From the sequence record NC_054906.1: 64,000 bases of DNA, one strand, 5' to 3'. This document shows, piece after piece, positions 8,848-18,702 of this stretch (within the stretch, counting starts at the first letter, position 1; each line of letters begins with the position of its first letter). The position numbers and the translations under genes were made by a program. Origin of the DNA: Enterobacteria phage RB18. The notes under the pieces were generated by a model. It had not been told where the DNA came from. It worked only from the letters and a program-made list of their open reading frames with translations, and ran no database searches.

Positions 8848-10661
8848 TGGTGCTTAACCCTATGCATGATTTCTTTATTTTTACCGAGATTAAATCCGCG
8901 TTCGTTAGGATTTCCCAAATAACCACATGTTCTTCTTATTGTGTTCATCTTTTTAGGATCAGTTTCTCCACAAATAGAACAAACAAATCCGTTTTCAGTA
9001 GGAGTCATTTCATGGGTACTTCCACACGTAAAACATTTATCTACTGGCATATTAACACCAAAATAATCTAAATGTTGTGCAGCATAATCCCATACGGCCT
9101 CAAGGCCTTTCAAGTTATTTTTCATATCAGGAAGTTCAACATAAGAAATGTGACCACCTGTCGCAATGAAATGATATGGCGCTTCACGAGAAATCTTTTC
9201 AAACGGAGTAATATTTTCTTCTACTGAAACATGGAAACTGTTAGTGTACCAACCTTTATCGGTAACATCTTTTACGCTTCCATATTTTTCTGTATCGAGT
9301 TTACAGAAGCGATAACAAAGGTTTTCAGCAGGAGTCGAATATAAACTAAAAGCAAATCCAGTTCTTTCAGTCCACTGTTTAAGATGAGCATTCATTTTAG
9401 TTAAAATTTCTCGTCCAATATCACGACCGACAAGAATATTCAATTCGTGAATACCAATGTATCCTAAAGACACTGAACTTCTACCGTTTTTAAATAACTC
9501 AATTATGTCGTCATCAGGTTTAAGACGAACCCCGAATGCACCTTCTTGGTAAAGAATAGGAGCAACAGTAGCTTTAACTCCTTTTAAGGAACTAATTCTA
9601 CACATCAAAGCTTCAAAACATAAATCCATTCGTTCATTAAATAGCTCAACAAATTTCTGTTCATTGAATTGTGTTCCAATATAAGAATCTAACGCGATGC
9701 GAGGAAGATTCAGTGTTACAACACCAAGATTATTACGTCCATCAAGAATTTCATTACCAGTCGAATCTTTCCATACGCTCAAGAAACTACGGCAACCCAT
9801 TGGAGAAACAGGAACAGATGAACCAGTGATAGCTTTATTGTTCTTAGCTGAAATAATATCAGGATACATCCTTTTGCTTGCGCACTCTAGAGCAAGTTGC
9901 TTAATGTCGTAATTCGGATCGTCTTTATAAAGATTAACGCCTTCTTCAACGAACATAACAAGCTTAGGGAAAATAGGAGTTATTCCATCACGACCGAGAC
10001 CTTTAATACGATTTTTCAGAATTGCTTTCTGAATCATTCGTTCAGTCCAGTCAGTTCCCGTACCAAATGTAATTGTTACAAAAGGTGTTTGCCCGTTTGA
10101 ACTAAAGAGAGTATTTACTTCATATTCATAAGCTTGGAATGCATCGTATACGTCTTTTTCTGTTTTAGATTGAGCATAATTCAACGCATCAGCGATTTGC
10201 CATTTTTCTGCATCCTCAATATGTTTTGCATAGGTGCGTTTAACATAAGGAGAAAGTACTTTATCTACATTAGCAAAAGTCGTTCCGCCGTATTGATGGG
10301 AAGCAACCTGTGCAGTAATTTGTGCCATAATTGCAGTAGCAACACCGATTGATTTAGGAGTTTCAATCTGTGCATTACCAAGCTTAAATCCATTCTCAAG
10401 CATTCCTTTTAAATCTACTAAACAACAATTAGTAAATGGAAGAGCAGGGGAATAATCAATATCGTGGAAATGGATAATTCCGCTTTCATGCGCTTTCATA
10501 ATAAAAGACGGGACCATATTTTTGGCAATGTGTTTAGACACAATACCAGCCATAAGGTCCCGTTGAGTTGGAAAAACACGAGAATCTTTATTAGCATTCT
10601 CGTTTAAAAGGTCTTTATTAGTTTTATGAATCAATCCTTCAATTTCTTTTTCAATTGTCAT
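8844..10661 (-). CDS. nrdD: Anaerobic ribonucleoside-triphosphate reductase NrdD, intron-less
   Basis: One uninterrupted 605-aa ORF; C-terminal glycyl-radical region RRTCGYLG and Cys-rich zinc ribbon (CFTCGSTHEM...CSICG). Confidence 0.9.
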   Translation of the reverse strand: MTIEKEIEGLIHKTNKDLLNENANKDSRVFPTQRDLMAGIVSKHIAKNMVPSFIMKAHESGIIHFHDIDYSPALPFTNCCLVDLKGMLENGFKLGNAQIETPKSIGVATAIMAQITAQVASHQYGGTTFANVDKVLSPYVKRTYAKHIEDAEKWQIADALNYAQSKTEKDVYDAFQAYEYEVNTLFSSNGQTPFVTITFGTGTDWTERMIQKAILKNRIKGLGRDGITPIFPKLVMFVEEGVNLYKDDPNYDIKQLALECASKRMYPDIISAKNNKAITGSSVPVSPMGCRSFLSVWKDSTGNEILDGRNNLGVVTLNLPRIALDSYIGTQFNEQKFVELFNERMDLCFEALMCRISSLKGVKATVAPILYQEGAFGVRLKPDDDIIELFKNGRSSVSLGYIGIHELNILVGRDIGREILTKMNAHLKQWTERTGFAFSLYSTPAENLCYRFCKLDTEKYGSVKDVTDKGWYTNSFHVSVEENITPFEKISREAPYHFIATGGHISYVELPDMKNNLKGLEAVWDYAAQHLDYFGVNMPVDKCFTCGSTHEMTPTENGFVCSICGETDPKKMNTIRRTCGYLGNPNERGFNLGKNKEIMHRVKHQ

Positions 10662-11131
10662 TTTAAACTCTTTCTAAGCTGCTTCTTAAATGAAGCTATT
10701 AACTGTGTTTTAGTGTCAGATTCATTATATTCAAATCCTCTTTGAAGCATCTCAGCCATCATTTCCTCTTTTCCTAAACGAGAAAATTCCTTTGATTTAT
10801 CTCCAACGAAGTTAGGGTGAATATTATTTTGGGTGTAATCGGATTTTAAATAAGTAAGTAAATTTTCTAACCATTCAAGATAATCAACACCTTGCCCCTT
10901 TAAGCCAGAACGATTAAATTTATGTTTCATTTGACCTTCTGCGGCATTGCAGAGATTACAAAGCAATCCACGCACCTTTCCTGCTTTTGGTCCATTTAAT
11001 TCATGGTCATGATCAAGATGATTAGCTTGAACATCAGGATTTAGTTCTCGTTGGCAAATTAAGCATTTACCATTTTGTGCATCATAAAATTTCTGTTTTT
11101 CTTCTTTATATAATTTGCCAGTCAATAACAT
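10658..11131 (-). CDS. 49: Endonuclease VII (Holliday junction resolvase) gp49
   Basis: 157 aa; zinc-binding CLICQ...HDHE...CNLCN; size and position as T4 gp49. Confidence 0.85.
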   Translation of the reverse strand: MLLTGKLYKEEKQKFYDAQNGKCLICQRELNPDVQANHLDHDHELNGPKAGKVRGLLCNLCNAAEGQMKHKFNRSGLKGQGVDYLEWLENLLTYLKSDYTQNNIHPNFVGDKSKEFSRLGKEEMMAEMLQRGFEYNESDTKTQLIASFKKQLRKSLK

Positions 11132-11173
11132 AATAAAACCCTTACCTTAAATAGATAAGGGTATTTATTATTT

Positions 11174-11677
11174 TCAAGTATTGTAAAACATTTGATTCAA
11201 TCGCTTATATTGCCGAATCTTTTGGTCAGAAAAAGAAATTTGGGTTTCAAGCCATTCAATATATTCTGCCGCAGCTTGCATCAAATTTCCTTCATAGCCA
11301 TCGTTATTTTCTTGTGCAGCTAATTTAGCTAATGCATATGAAATACGTTCACCTTGAAAATCGGCTTTAGGCTTCTGAACAACTTGATTAGTTCGCTCTA
11401 CAACTTCTTCAATTTCGCCATTTTCGACTGATTCAGTATTCCACAAGCACCAATACGTAATTGGCTTATCATAGATGTTAATAATCTTTCCATCAGAAAG
11501 TTCAATTTCAATAATTCCAGTATCAGGTTCTATATCATCTTCACATTCTTTTGCAAGTTCACGAACTTTAAAGACAGTACCTGCACTAAGTTCCGGCCAG
11601 TAATTACACAGCCCTGTATCAGCACGATTAATTCTAAACCACTTATCTACTGTAATCATGTCCCATCTCCATATCAA
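11174..11677 (-). CDS. Hypothetical protein at the position of T4 pin (Lon protease inhibitor)
   Basis: 167-aa acidic ORF directly after gene 49; the pin assignment is positional only. Confidence 0.5.
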   Translation of the reverse strand: MIWRWDMITVDKWFRINRADTGLCNYWPELSAGTVFKVRELAKECEDDIEPDTGIIEIELSDGKIINIYDKPITYWCLWNTESVENGEIEEVVERTNQVVQKPKADFQGERISYALAKLAAQENNDGYEGNLMQAAAEYIEWLETQISFSDQKIRQYKRLNQMFYNT

Positions 11678-11782
11678 TTAAGTCATTTATCGTTGGTTCA
11701 TTATATACTGTTTCTTCATCAGTGTAAACCGGTTCTTCCGGCTCTGGCTCTACAGTTTCCCATCTAGCCGCCCACCAAGGTT

Positions 11783-12103
11783 TTATAGCGTAATCCATTC
11801 TCTTACTGTCTGAGTTACTACACGTTCTCGAAGCTCAACCAGTTCAACGGTAGGAACTGCATAATACCAGTCAGAATGGTAAGAACCTGAGCGAGATTCA
11901 TTTACAGCCACATGTACATTATGTTTTGGACTAAAATAAACACACTGACGATATTGGCATTTACCATCTTGCACCCAGTCTTCTATTTCGATAGGTTTAA
12001 GATAGTCGGAAAAATCGAAATCATAGTTTTCCGAAAATGCATCATGGTCTTCAATGATTTCGCTCAGAACTGCATCAACATCTAATTTATTTTCAATAGT
12101 CAT
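11783..12103 (-). CDS. Hypothetical protein
   Basis: 106-aa ORF. Confidence 0.5.
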   Translation of the reverse strand: MTIENKLDVDAVLSEIIEDHDAFSENYDFDFSDYLKPIEIEDWVQDGKCQYRQCVYFSPKHNVHVAVNESRSGSYHSDWYYAVPTVELVELRERVVTQTVREWITL

Positions 12104-12113
12104 TTTTCACCAA

Positions 12114-12284
12114 TTAATTTCGCAATTTATTAAGTTCTTCATCATCAATCCAGGATTCTAGTCCTGATGGCAGGTCACATTCAATTTCCCAAAGAAGTTC
12201 TTCAATTTTCTGAAGACGATCTAGTTCTTCGGCTGGAATAGTAACCATTGACGGAGCTCGTGATACATTAATATCGTAAATCAT
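12114..12284 (-). CDS. Small ORF, 56 aa (not in the 60-aa track)
   Basis: Hand-translated MIYDINVSRAPSMVTIPAEELDRLQKIEELLWEIECDL...; fills the gap exactly and its ATG overlaps the upstream stop. Confidence 0.35.
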   Translation of the reverse strand: MIYDINVSRAPSMVTIPAEELDRLQKIEELLWEIECDLPSGLESWIDDEELNKLRN

Positions 12285-12286
12285 AT

Positions 12287-12502
12287 TTACCCCAATTTAA
12301 CCATACAATCGCCGTATTTCCACTTAGAAATAGACTTTTCACCATTAGAATAATAAACTTCGAGTTTAGCACGATTATTTTTAATTTGAATAACCTTGGC
12401 TGTCATCAAAGTTCCATACCCATAGTAAACTGCAACTTCATCACCTACATATATCGCGCTTCCGCGGTAATCATGGATATAGTCAGTTCCTTCGAGCATC
12501 AT
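12287..12502 (-). CDS. Hypothetical protein
   Basis: 71-aa ORF overlapping the nrdC stop. Confidence 0.5.
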   Translation of the reverse strand: MMLEGTDYIHDYRGSAIYVGDEVAVYYGYGTLMTAKVIQIKNNRAKLEVYYSNGEKSISKWKYGDCMVKLG

Positions 12503-12762
12503 TTAAAGTATTCCCGCAATTGGTCAAATCCACCAATATGACTTCCATCAGGAGCAAATACTTGAGGCATCGTCAGTCCAATTTGAGTATCACGACCTAG
12601 TTTCGTCAGAAGCTCAGCAATTTTCTCATCATCAAAAACACCTTTTTTCGGCATAATGTTGATAAATTCAAACGGCTGTTTCTTCACGGTCAAAAGACGT
12701 TTTGCATTATCGCAATACACACATTTATGGATGTTGCTATCATAACCATATACTTTAAACAT
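12499..12762 (-). CDS. nrdC: Thioredoxin/glutaredoxin NrdC
   Basis: 87 aa with a CVYC redox motif; same length as T4 NrdC. Confidence 0.85.
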   Translation of the reverse strand: MFKVYGYDSNIHKCVYCDNAKRLLTVKKQPFEFINIMPKKGVFDDEKIAELLTKLGRDTQIGLTMPQVFAPDGSHIGGFDQLREYFK

Positions 12763-12763
12763 A

Positions 12764-13006
12764 TTATTCCTTAATTCCTAGTACTTGTTTAAAAGTCTCG
12801 TCGTAATCAAGACTTTGGCCCGTTTGTTCTTTATGTTTGTATATAATATCACTTACTTCTGATAGCATATTTTTATATGAACGAGTTAAAGCAGATTTAA
12901 GCACGCTGTATCTATCAGGAAATTTACCGTGTTCATTATAATAAGCTATTGCTAATTCACGGACTGCCTTTTCAGCAGTCTCCATATATTCTTTACGCTT
13001 TGTCAT
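12764..13006 (-). CDS. Hypothetical protein (start taken at internal ATG)
   Basis: 80 aa, [30 protein letters not shown]...; the longer track ORF would overlap its neighbour by about 170 nt. Confidence 0.45.
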
Positions 13007-13289
13007 TTTCTTCTCGGTCAAATCGGTGTTTACAATGGCGACATTTATAACGAAGATTATTAGTCTGCCAATGGACCAATTGCACCTGTTCAGTTCCACA
13101 TTCAGGGCAATTAGGAACGTTTTTAGAAGCCCTTTCGCGACGTTTAACCATAGCCATAATGGCATCCCATGCTGGAGGTTTAAAATCTAAATCGTCAGTA
13201 ACTAGCAGTCCTTTATCAAACCCAACGCATGGAGTCCATTCAGGAAAATCTGAAGCTTCAGCAATATCTTCTAATAAACGCTTTTTCAT
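12993..13289 (-). CDS. Zinc-ribbon protein
   Basis: 98 aa with CPECG...CRHCKH. Confidence 0.5.
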
Positions 13290-14212
13290 TTCAGTACCTC
13301 AATAGCATCACGTAAACCATTTGCTTTGGCGGTTAAAGCCTTAATAACTTTAGTATGCTCTTCAATCTGTTTTTCAACTTCAATCAAACGGGCACTGAGA
13401 TATTCGCGTTCTTCTTTCATAGTATCATTCCCATGATTGGGCTTTGGCGTAGGTTTAAATTTATTAGGGTCCTTTAACTTAATAACAACTTTAGTTTCAA
13501 ACAGTGAAAGACCATAATTCGTATTATCATCAAAGGATTCAACTACGTCCATTTTAGACAATAACGTACGAAGATTATAAGTCAAAGAACGAATCGTTTT
13601 ATTATGTTTATTAGCTTCACATGGTTTCATATATGGAAGATTTTTATATATTTCATGCGGAGCACAAACAATAATTGACAATTCAAATGGTCCATTCTGT
13701 GATGATGGAATGAATTTAGCCGTAACCCAATCTTTTACATTTACATTAATAGTACGATCATCGCCATGACAAAACAGTCTACGAGAATGCTTAAAAAGCA
13801 TATTCACATTATTATTAAATTCGTGTGAAAACTCACTGGCAAATTTTTCTTTACTATTTTTAGAAAACCATTCTTCTAAATAAGTTCTTTTCACGTCGTT
13901 AATAATATTAAATGTAACAACACTAGCATTTGATACATTAGTCTCAATGTAGCTTGGATACATAAATTTTTTAACATTATTAACAGCTATCACAGAAGAT
14001 AGTAATCGGGAACGTTTGAACCACTCGAGCAAAGAACCAAGAGAATGTGAATACGCATTTTGTGTATCTTTACAAATATGGTTTTCCCATCCAATATAGT
14101 CTAAAAAATCACGAAGAATATTATTGATTACTGCTCTGTGTCCGATCTGATAATTACGGTGTTTAGTAATAAGACTGTCAAAATAATCAATATAATGTTT
14201 ACGAGTTTTCAT
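13286..14212 (-). CDS. Paralogue family member A: globular N-domain, proline linker, C-terminal coiled coil
   Basis: 308 aa; MKTRKHYIDY... N-terminus, KPTPKPNHG linker, heptad-like C-terminus [42 protein letters not shown]. Confidence 0.55.
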   Translation of the reverse strand: MKTRKHYIDYFDSLITKHRNYQIGHRAVINNILRDFLDYIGWENHICKDTQNAYSHSLGSLLEWFKRSRLLSSVIAVNNVKKFMYPSYIETNVSNASVVTFNIINDVKRTYLEEWFSKNSKEKFASEFSHEFNNNVNMLFKHSRRLFCHGDDRTINVNVKDWVTAKFIPSSQNGPFELSIIVCAPHEIYKNLPYMKPCEANKHNKTIRSLTYNLRTLLSKMDVVESFDDNTNYGLSLFETKVVIKLKDPNKFKPTPKPNHGNDTMKEEREYLSARLIEVEKQIEEHTKVIKALTAKANGLRDAIEVLK

Positions 14213-14264
14213 GTTCTTCTCACTTGGTTAATGATTTATACTCCGAGCCATCCTTGGCTTTAAA

Positions 14265-15266
14265 TTACTTAATTAACTGTAAAGCTTGTTCCAAACGATC
14301 AAGACGATTAACAGATTCTTCCCAAATCCTTTTAGCCTGCTCATATTCTTTCTGCGCTTTATTAGAAATTTCTAGAACTTCTTTATAAGCTTTTTCTAGT
14401 GCAATAACTTCTGGACGAATTTCTACAGGTTCAGGCGAATCATCAAGACATTCCATTAGTTCCTCAAGGGTAGTTTCTTCTTTAGGAGTATTCACAATTT
14501 CATCACATTTTTGTTGGTAAATTTCTTTACTAGTAAGTGAATAAGTACATTTCACTTCACGAAGACTAACTACAATTTTATATCCTTCCCAACCGCATAT
14601 ATTCTTAAAAGGATATGTATGAATATTTTCTACTGTTTCCATACAAAGTAATGCGGTCTCTAATTGACGAGTTATAGTGCTAGCAATTGAGAAAAATTTA
14701 TTAATGTTCTTTTGGTTAGTTTCTGGTGTAAAAAATCCATAATTCACAAAAATAGCTACTTTATTTTTATCAAGCTCATATTCTTTTATGATAATCATAT
14801 CAGAAGCCAAAGGATGAATTTGACGATAATCGCCATAGCATAATTTAGAAGCTGATTTTAAAATTTGCTTTTTGAAAAGTCTGAAATTACTAATCCAACG
14901 ACGAGTAAAAATATTCTCAGGGTCTTCTTTATTATTAAGATGATAAGAATTAACATCACCGAACCAATTATATCCTACTACATCTTTAGTTCGTTTAATT
15001 TCTTTCCCAAAATTACCAAGAATATCCCGATTTACCAAATATGAAAGAAGACGAGACTCTTTAAAAGTTTTCTTGATATTATCTTTATCTACACGGCTAG
15101 AAATTTTACGAATTTCATGAATAAATTTAGCAGAAGAAACAATACCTGCATCAACACTATTGAGCCATTGATTGATAATAGAAAGAACGCTATTTTGGCC
15201 AAACATCGGTATAGCTTTATCATCAATAACGCTATTGAATGATTTGATATATTCGTTACGAGTCAT
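14265..15266 (-). CDS. Paralogue family member B
   Basis: 333 aa from ATG 15266 (RBS GAGGAG); MTRNEYIKSF..., SRLLSYL and LFKKQILKSASKL motifs shared with A and C; C-terminal coiled coil. Confidence 0.55.
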   Translation of the reverse strand: MTRNEYIKSFNSVIDDKAIPMFGQNSVLSIINQWLNSVDAGIVSSAKFIHEIRKISSRVDKDNIKKTFKESRLLSYLVNRDILGNFGKEIKRTKDVVGYNWFGDVNSYHLNNKEDPENIFTRRWISNFRLFKKQILKSASKLCYGDYRQIHPLASDMIIIKEYELDKNKVAIFVNYGFFTPETNQKNINKFFSIASTITRQLETALLCMETVENIHTYPFKNICGWEGYKIVVSLREVKCTYSLTSKEIYQQKCDEIVNTPKEETTLEELMECLDDSPEPVEIRPEVIALEKAYKEVLEISNKAQKEYEQAKRIWEESVNRLDRLEQALQLIK

Positions 15267-15323
15267 AATAATCTCCTCAGTAGAAAGTAAGAACATTATA
15301 CCACATCCTTGTGGCAAAGTAAA

Positions 15324-16343
15324 CTAGTTCAGTGCATTTAGTGCATTGTTCAATTTAGAACGTTGCTTCGTGAGATTTTTTACTTTTTCTTGAGCTTTTT
15401 CTAGCATCTTTTCAGCTTCTAACACTTCATTAGTTGCTTTAACGAGTTCATCATCTACTGCCTTGATAGACTTCTCAATCGCATCCGCGTGCCATTTTTC
15501 AACAGGTTTAAGACTCGGATTTTCAACAGGAAGAAAATTCACTTTATTGAATTTCCATGCATCATTATTACCTGAACTATACATCCAAAATTTAGGATCG
15601 TTTGATGAGTAATTAGATAAATTTAAGTTATCTTGCACTTCCTGCTTTTTCTCTTGTACAACTTCATCCTTTCTCAAAAAATCGTATTTAAATGAAACGA
15701 CCATATCAAGTTCATACGTTGTTGTGTCTAATTTAAATCGTTCGAAATGCTGTGAAATCTTAGAATGAACTGCGGCAACAACATCCATATACTTAAATGC
15801 TTCTGTCAACTGTGATTTAAGGCATTCACAAATTGAAAGAGAATTTTTTGTATTAGGTTTAAAGCTAATTCGTGCAGTTCTATTATTTTCTTTTACTGGT
15901 CTTACTTCCATCTGAAGAGTATAACCATCAAATTTCAGATTCTTTAAGTTAATATCAGAACCTTTTAATCGACTAGCCGTCGACAAAATTTGCTTTAATT
16001 GTTTACGGAATAGAGCAATAAATCTCCATTCAATACGATAATGATTTGGATTGAAAAATCCAGATGATAAATCGACCTTACTCTGACCAACACCTTGAAC
16101 AAATAGAGGATTTTTATAATCAATAGTTTTACAGAAATCGGTGAGCTGCTCACGAGCAGTCATTTGTGTAATATACCCCGCTTTACTAAAATGACGTAAC
16201 CATTCACTGCTATTCATATATTTAAAGTGAATATCACGATTAACTTTATCAGGGTCTAAATTATTTTGACACAAAAATGTCATAACATCACGAGTATAGC
16301 TGGCATTACGAACCATATCTTCAATTTGAGAACGAGTTTTCAT
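15324..16343 (-). CDS. Paralogue family member C
   Basis: 339 aa; MKTRSQIEDM..., LFRKQLKQILSTASRLKG; C-terminal coiled coil. Confidence 0.55.
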   Translation of the reverse strand: MKTRSQIEDMVRNASYTRDVMTFLCQNNLDPDKVNRDIHFKYMNSSEWLRHFSKAGYITQMTAREQLTDFCKTIDYKNPLFVQGVGQSKVDLSSGFFNPNHYRIEWRFIALFRKQLKQILSTASRLKGSDINLKNLKFDGYTLQMEVRPVKENNRTARISFKPNTKNSLSICECLKSQLTEAFKYMDVVAAVHSKISQHFERFKLDTTTYELDMVVSFKYDFLRKDEVVQEKKQEVQDNLNLSNYSSNDPKFWMYSSGNNDAWKFNKVNFLPVENPSLKPVEKWHADAIEKSIKAVDDELVKATNEVLEAEKMLEKAQEKVKNLTKQRSKLNNALNALN

Positions 16344-16351
16344 GGTGTTCC

Positions 16352-17254
16352 TTAAGATTTAAGTAAATCAACAATTTTAATTAATTTTTCACGTTCAGAT
16401 TTAGCTTTACTACTCAGTCCAGATAGTCTGAAAATTTCATCGTCATATTGTTGAATAGAAATATTCAGCTCTTCAATTTGCTTATTAAAATAATCAATTT
16501 GTTCAGAATGTTTTTCGTTACTACGAACTGGTACAGGTTTTGTAGGCAATTTAGTTGAACTGGATTCATCCGGGCGATAAATTAAAATACAACTTGAACC
16601 AATAGGGCATTTAGCACCAGATGAATATTCTAACGTTCCAGCTTCTTTTAAAACTTCAAAAGCTAAACAGAGATGATGCCCCATATTAACATAATCTGTA
16701 GAGCGAGCTCTGATATAATAATCATCGCCGCGAATACTAAATTTAAAGCATTTAAGGTCTTCTGTATTATTGGTCTTAAAAATCATTTGTTTATCTAGAC
16801 CTTTAGCTAATCGAGCGCCTAATGCTAATAATCGTCGTTGATTTTCCCACAAATCCGCAATCATTTGATCGAATGATAATTTCGGCATTAGTCGACCATA
16901 AAGGTCATATCCTTTATTATAATTGCGAAGGATTTCACTCGCATTAATACGAGACAACGCTCCAATTTTATTAAGGGCTTTCATGATGCGATTAGATAAA
17001 CCCATTCCAGACCCGTTTGTTCGTTGTAAATGTTTATCTAATCCAAACCCAATATCAACTTTAAATTTATCTAAAATTTCAGCATGAACATCTCTGTCAA
17101 TAACATTCAAATCCAAAGTTGGGTTAAATCTATGAAAAAATTTATCTGGCTCTCCACGACGAAGTACAGTCCATTCATTCAATTTTTTATTAACTAAAGA
17201 TTTAATTACTGCATTGACATTATTAATTACTACTGACATATTTTCCTCACTCAA
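16352..17254 (-). CDS. Paralogue family member D (more divergent)
   Basis: 300 aa; WENQRRLLALGARLAKG motif, proline linker KLPTKPVPV, C-terminal coiled coil. Confidence 0.5.
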   Translation of the reverse strand: MSEENMSVVINNVNAVIKSLVNKKLNEWTVLRRGEPDKFFHRFNPTLDLNVIDRDVHAEILDKFKVDIGFGLDKHLQRTNGSGMGLSNRIMKALNKIGALSRINASEILRNYNKGYDLYGRLMPKLSFDQMIADLWENQRRLLALGARLAKGLDKQMIFKTNNTEDLKCFKFSIRGDDYYIRARSTDYVNMGHHLCLAFEVLKEAGTLEYSSGAKCPIGSSCILIYRPDESSSTKLPTKPVPVRSNEKHSEQIDYFNKQIEELNISIQQYDDEIFRLSGLSSKAKSEREKLIKIVDLLKS

Positions 17255-17655
17255 TTTTCAATTTTACTAAATACGCAGAATATGATGGAAAAGACTATAT
17301 AAACACCACACACAGATTGAACTAATACCATTCCAAAAAACCAAACAATATTATCAAACAATGTCTGTTTTACGTCGAAAGGACGTAAACTTACAGTAAT
17401 ATTATCGCCTTTTTCTATTGATGAATACATCTCTGGTGAAATATATTCGCTAAATCTATAACCGTCTTTGAGTTCATATACGGCAATAAACGATAAACTA
17501 GACCCCTTTCCTTGAGTTCCTGTAAAGGTATTAACTACAGTAACATCATAATCTTTATAATGCATATAATCATTAATTGCGTAATAACCATATGCAACTA
17601 CTACGCATAAACAACATATCAATAAATTCAATCTTTTAATTATCAACTGTTTCAT
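17251..17655 (-). CDS. Membrane protein
   Basis: 134 aa with N-terminal and C-terminal hydrophobic helices. Confidence 0.5.
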   Translation of the reverse strand: MKQLIIKRLNLLICCLCVVVAYGYYAINDYMHYKDYDVTVVNTFTGTQGKGSSLSFIAVYELKDGYRFSEYISPEMYSSIEKGDNITVSLRPFDVKQTLFDNIVWFFGMVLVQSVCGVYIVFSIIFCVFSKIEN

Positions 17656-17710
17656 AATAATCTCAATTAAAAGGGCTTAGAACCATTATACCATCCTTGG
17701 TATAAAGCGG

Positions 17711-18238
17711 TTATGCGAGTACCGTCTTTAACCGTTCTTCAAACTTCCGAAGAGTATTTTGGCGTTCAGCTCTTTGCTTTTTGTAAGTTTCAATACGCTC
17801 TGAAATGAGAGTGTATCGTTCATTTACTGATTCTTTCATAAAATCAGGAATTTCACGAGAAGCTTTAATCTCGTCAAATTTATCAATAACAGCTTGCTCT
17901 TCAGCAATTAAGTTATCATACATCAAAATATCTTTCTTGATGAACTCAATATCTTCTTGAGTTACACGAGATAATTTAGATGCTTTATCCTTTTTGTACT
18001 GTTCGTTAGTATCACGAGACCAGTGTAATGTACGATTTTTATTCGTATTCTTGTAAATTTCTACAATACCAATCCCATCGATAATAACGATCCAATTCCA
18101 ACGAGATTTGTAAATTTGTCCTCCGTCAACCGTGATTTCACCTCCGATTGAGATGTCATTAAAGAACTTGCTTTGTGCTTCTGATTTAAATTTACCATCG
18201 TTGTAATTTACCAGGTTGAAAATATCTTTAGCGTTCAT
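17711..18238 (-). CDS. Hypothetical protein
   Basis: 175-aa ORF preceded by an early-type promoter and RBS GGAGGAACAC. Confidence 0.55.
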   Translation of the reverse strand: MNAKDIFNLVNYNDGKFKSEAQSKFFNDISIGGEITVDGGQIYKSRWNWIVIIDGIGIVEIYKNTNKNRTLHWSRDTNEQYKKDKASKLSRVTQEDIEFIKKDILMYDNLIAEEQAVIDKFDEIKASREIPDFMKESVNERYTLISERIETYKKQRAERQNTLRKFEERLKTVLA

Positions 18239-18266
18239 TTTGTGTTCCTCCGTAGTTGATAGTTGT

Positions 18267-18296
18267 ATAGTACCACAAAGGAACAGTCTTGTAAAC
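18267..18296 (-). promoter_or_regulatory. Early promoter with conserved leader
   Basis: GTTTAC (18291-18296), 18-nt spacer, TGGTACTAT; leader TATACAACTATCAACTACGGAGGAACAC then ATG 18238. Confidence 0.55.
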
Positions 18297-18298
18297 CA

Positions 18299-18613
18299 CT
18301 AAAAGAAACTTCTTTCACAATTTTTTCCACTGAACCAAGCGCTCACTGCTTTCTTAGTCTCAGGAGCAGTGTTATCCATAAACCATTCAAAAGCAGCCTT
18401 TTTATGATTCTGGAGGGCTTCTCGGGCTTTAATCTGCTCACGGTCTATTAACACTAACATATGAGCCTTTCTTGTCACCAGGGGCTTCTTATGATTTTTT
18501 GAATATTCCCAATCATTTGTCCATCGCATCGTTGTTGCGAATTGAAGTACAGCTTCTTTAATCTTAGTTTCGTAAATTTCACGAGCCTTTGAGTATAACA
18601 TCATTACCTCCAT
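18299..18613 (-). CDS. Hypothetical protein (start may be the ATG at 18601-18604)
   Basis: About 100-aa ORF; internal GGAGG precedes tandem ATGs. Confidence 0.45.
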   Translation of the reverse strand: MEVMMLYSKAREIYETKIKEAVLQFATTMRWTNDWEYSKNHKKPLVTRKAHMLVLIDREQIKAREALQNHKKAAFEWFMDNTAPETKKAVSAWFSGKNCERSFF

Positions 18614-18702
18614 TTACTAGTTTAATTCTAGTCATCTTTTTGATGGCAGTCCATATAATCTATTTCTGAACTGCCTTTTTGTCTTAGAAGTCCTCTTATG
18701 AA

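Noticed and set aside
8847-10352. Plus-strand ORFs of 67-74 aa inside nrdD (8847-9071, 9697-9912, 9897-10100, 10134-10352)
   Set aside because: They are antisense to a well-supported conserved 605-aa gene and have no RBS; they are frame artefacts.
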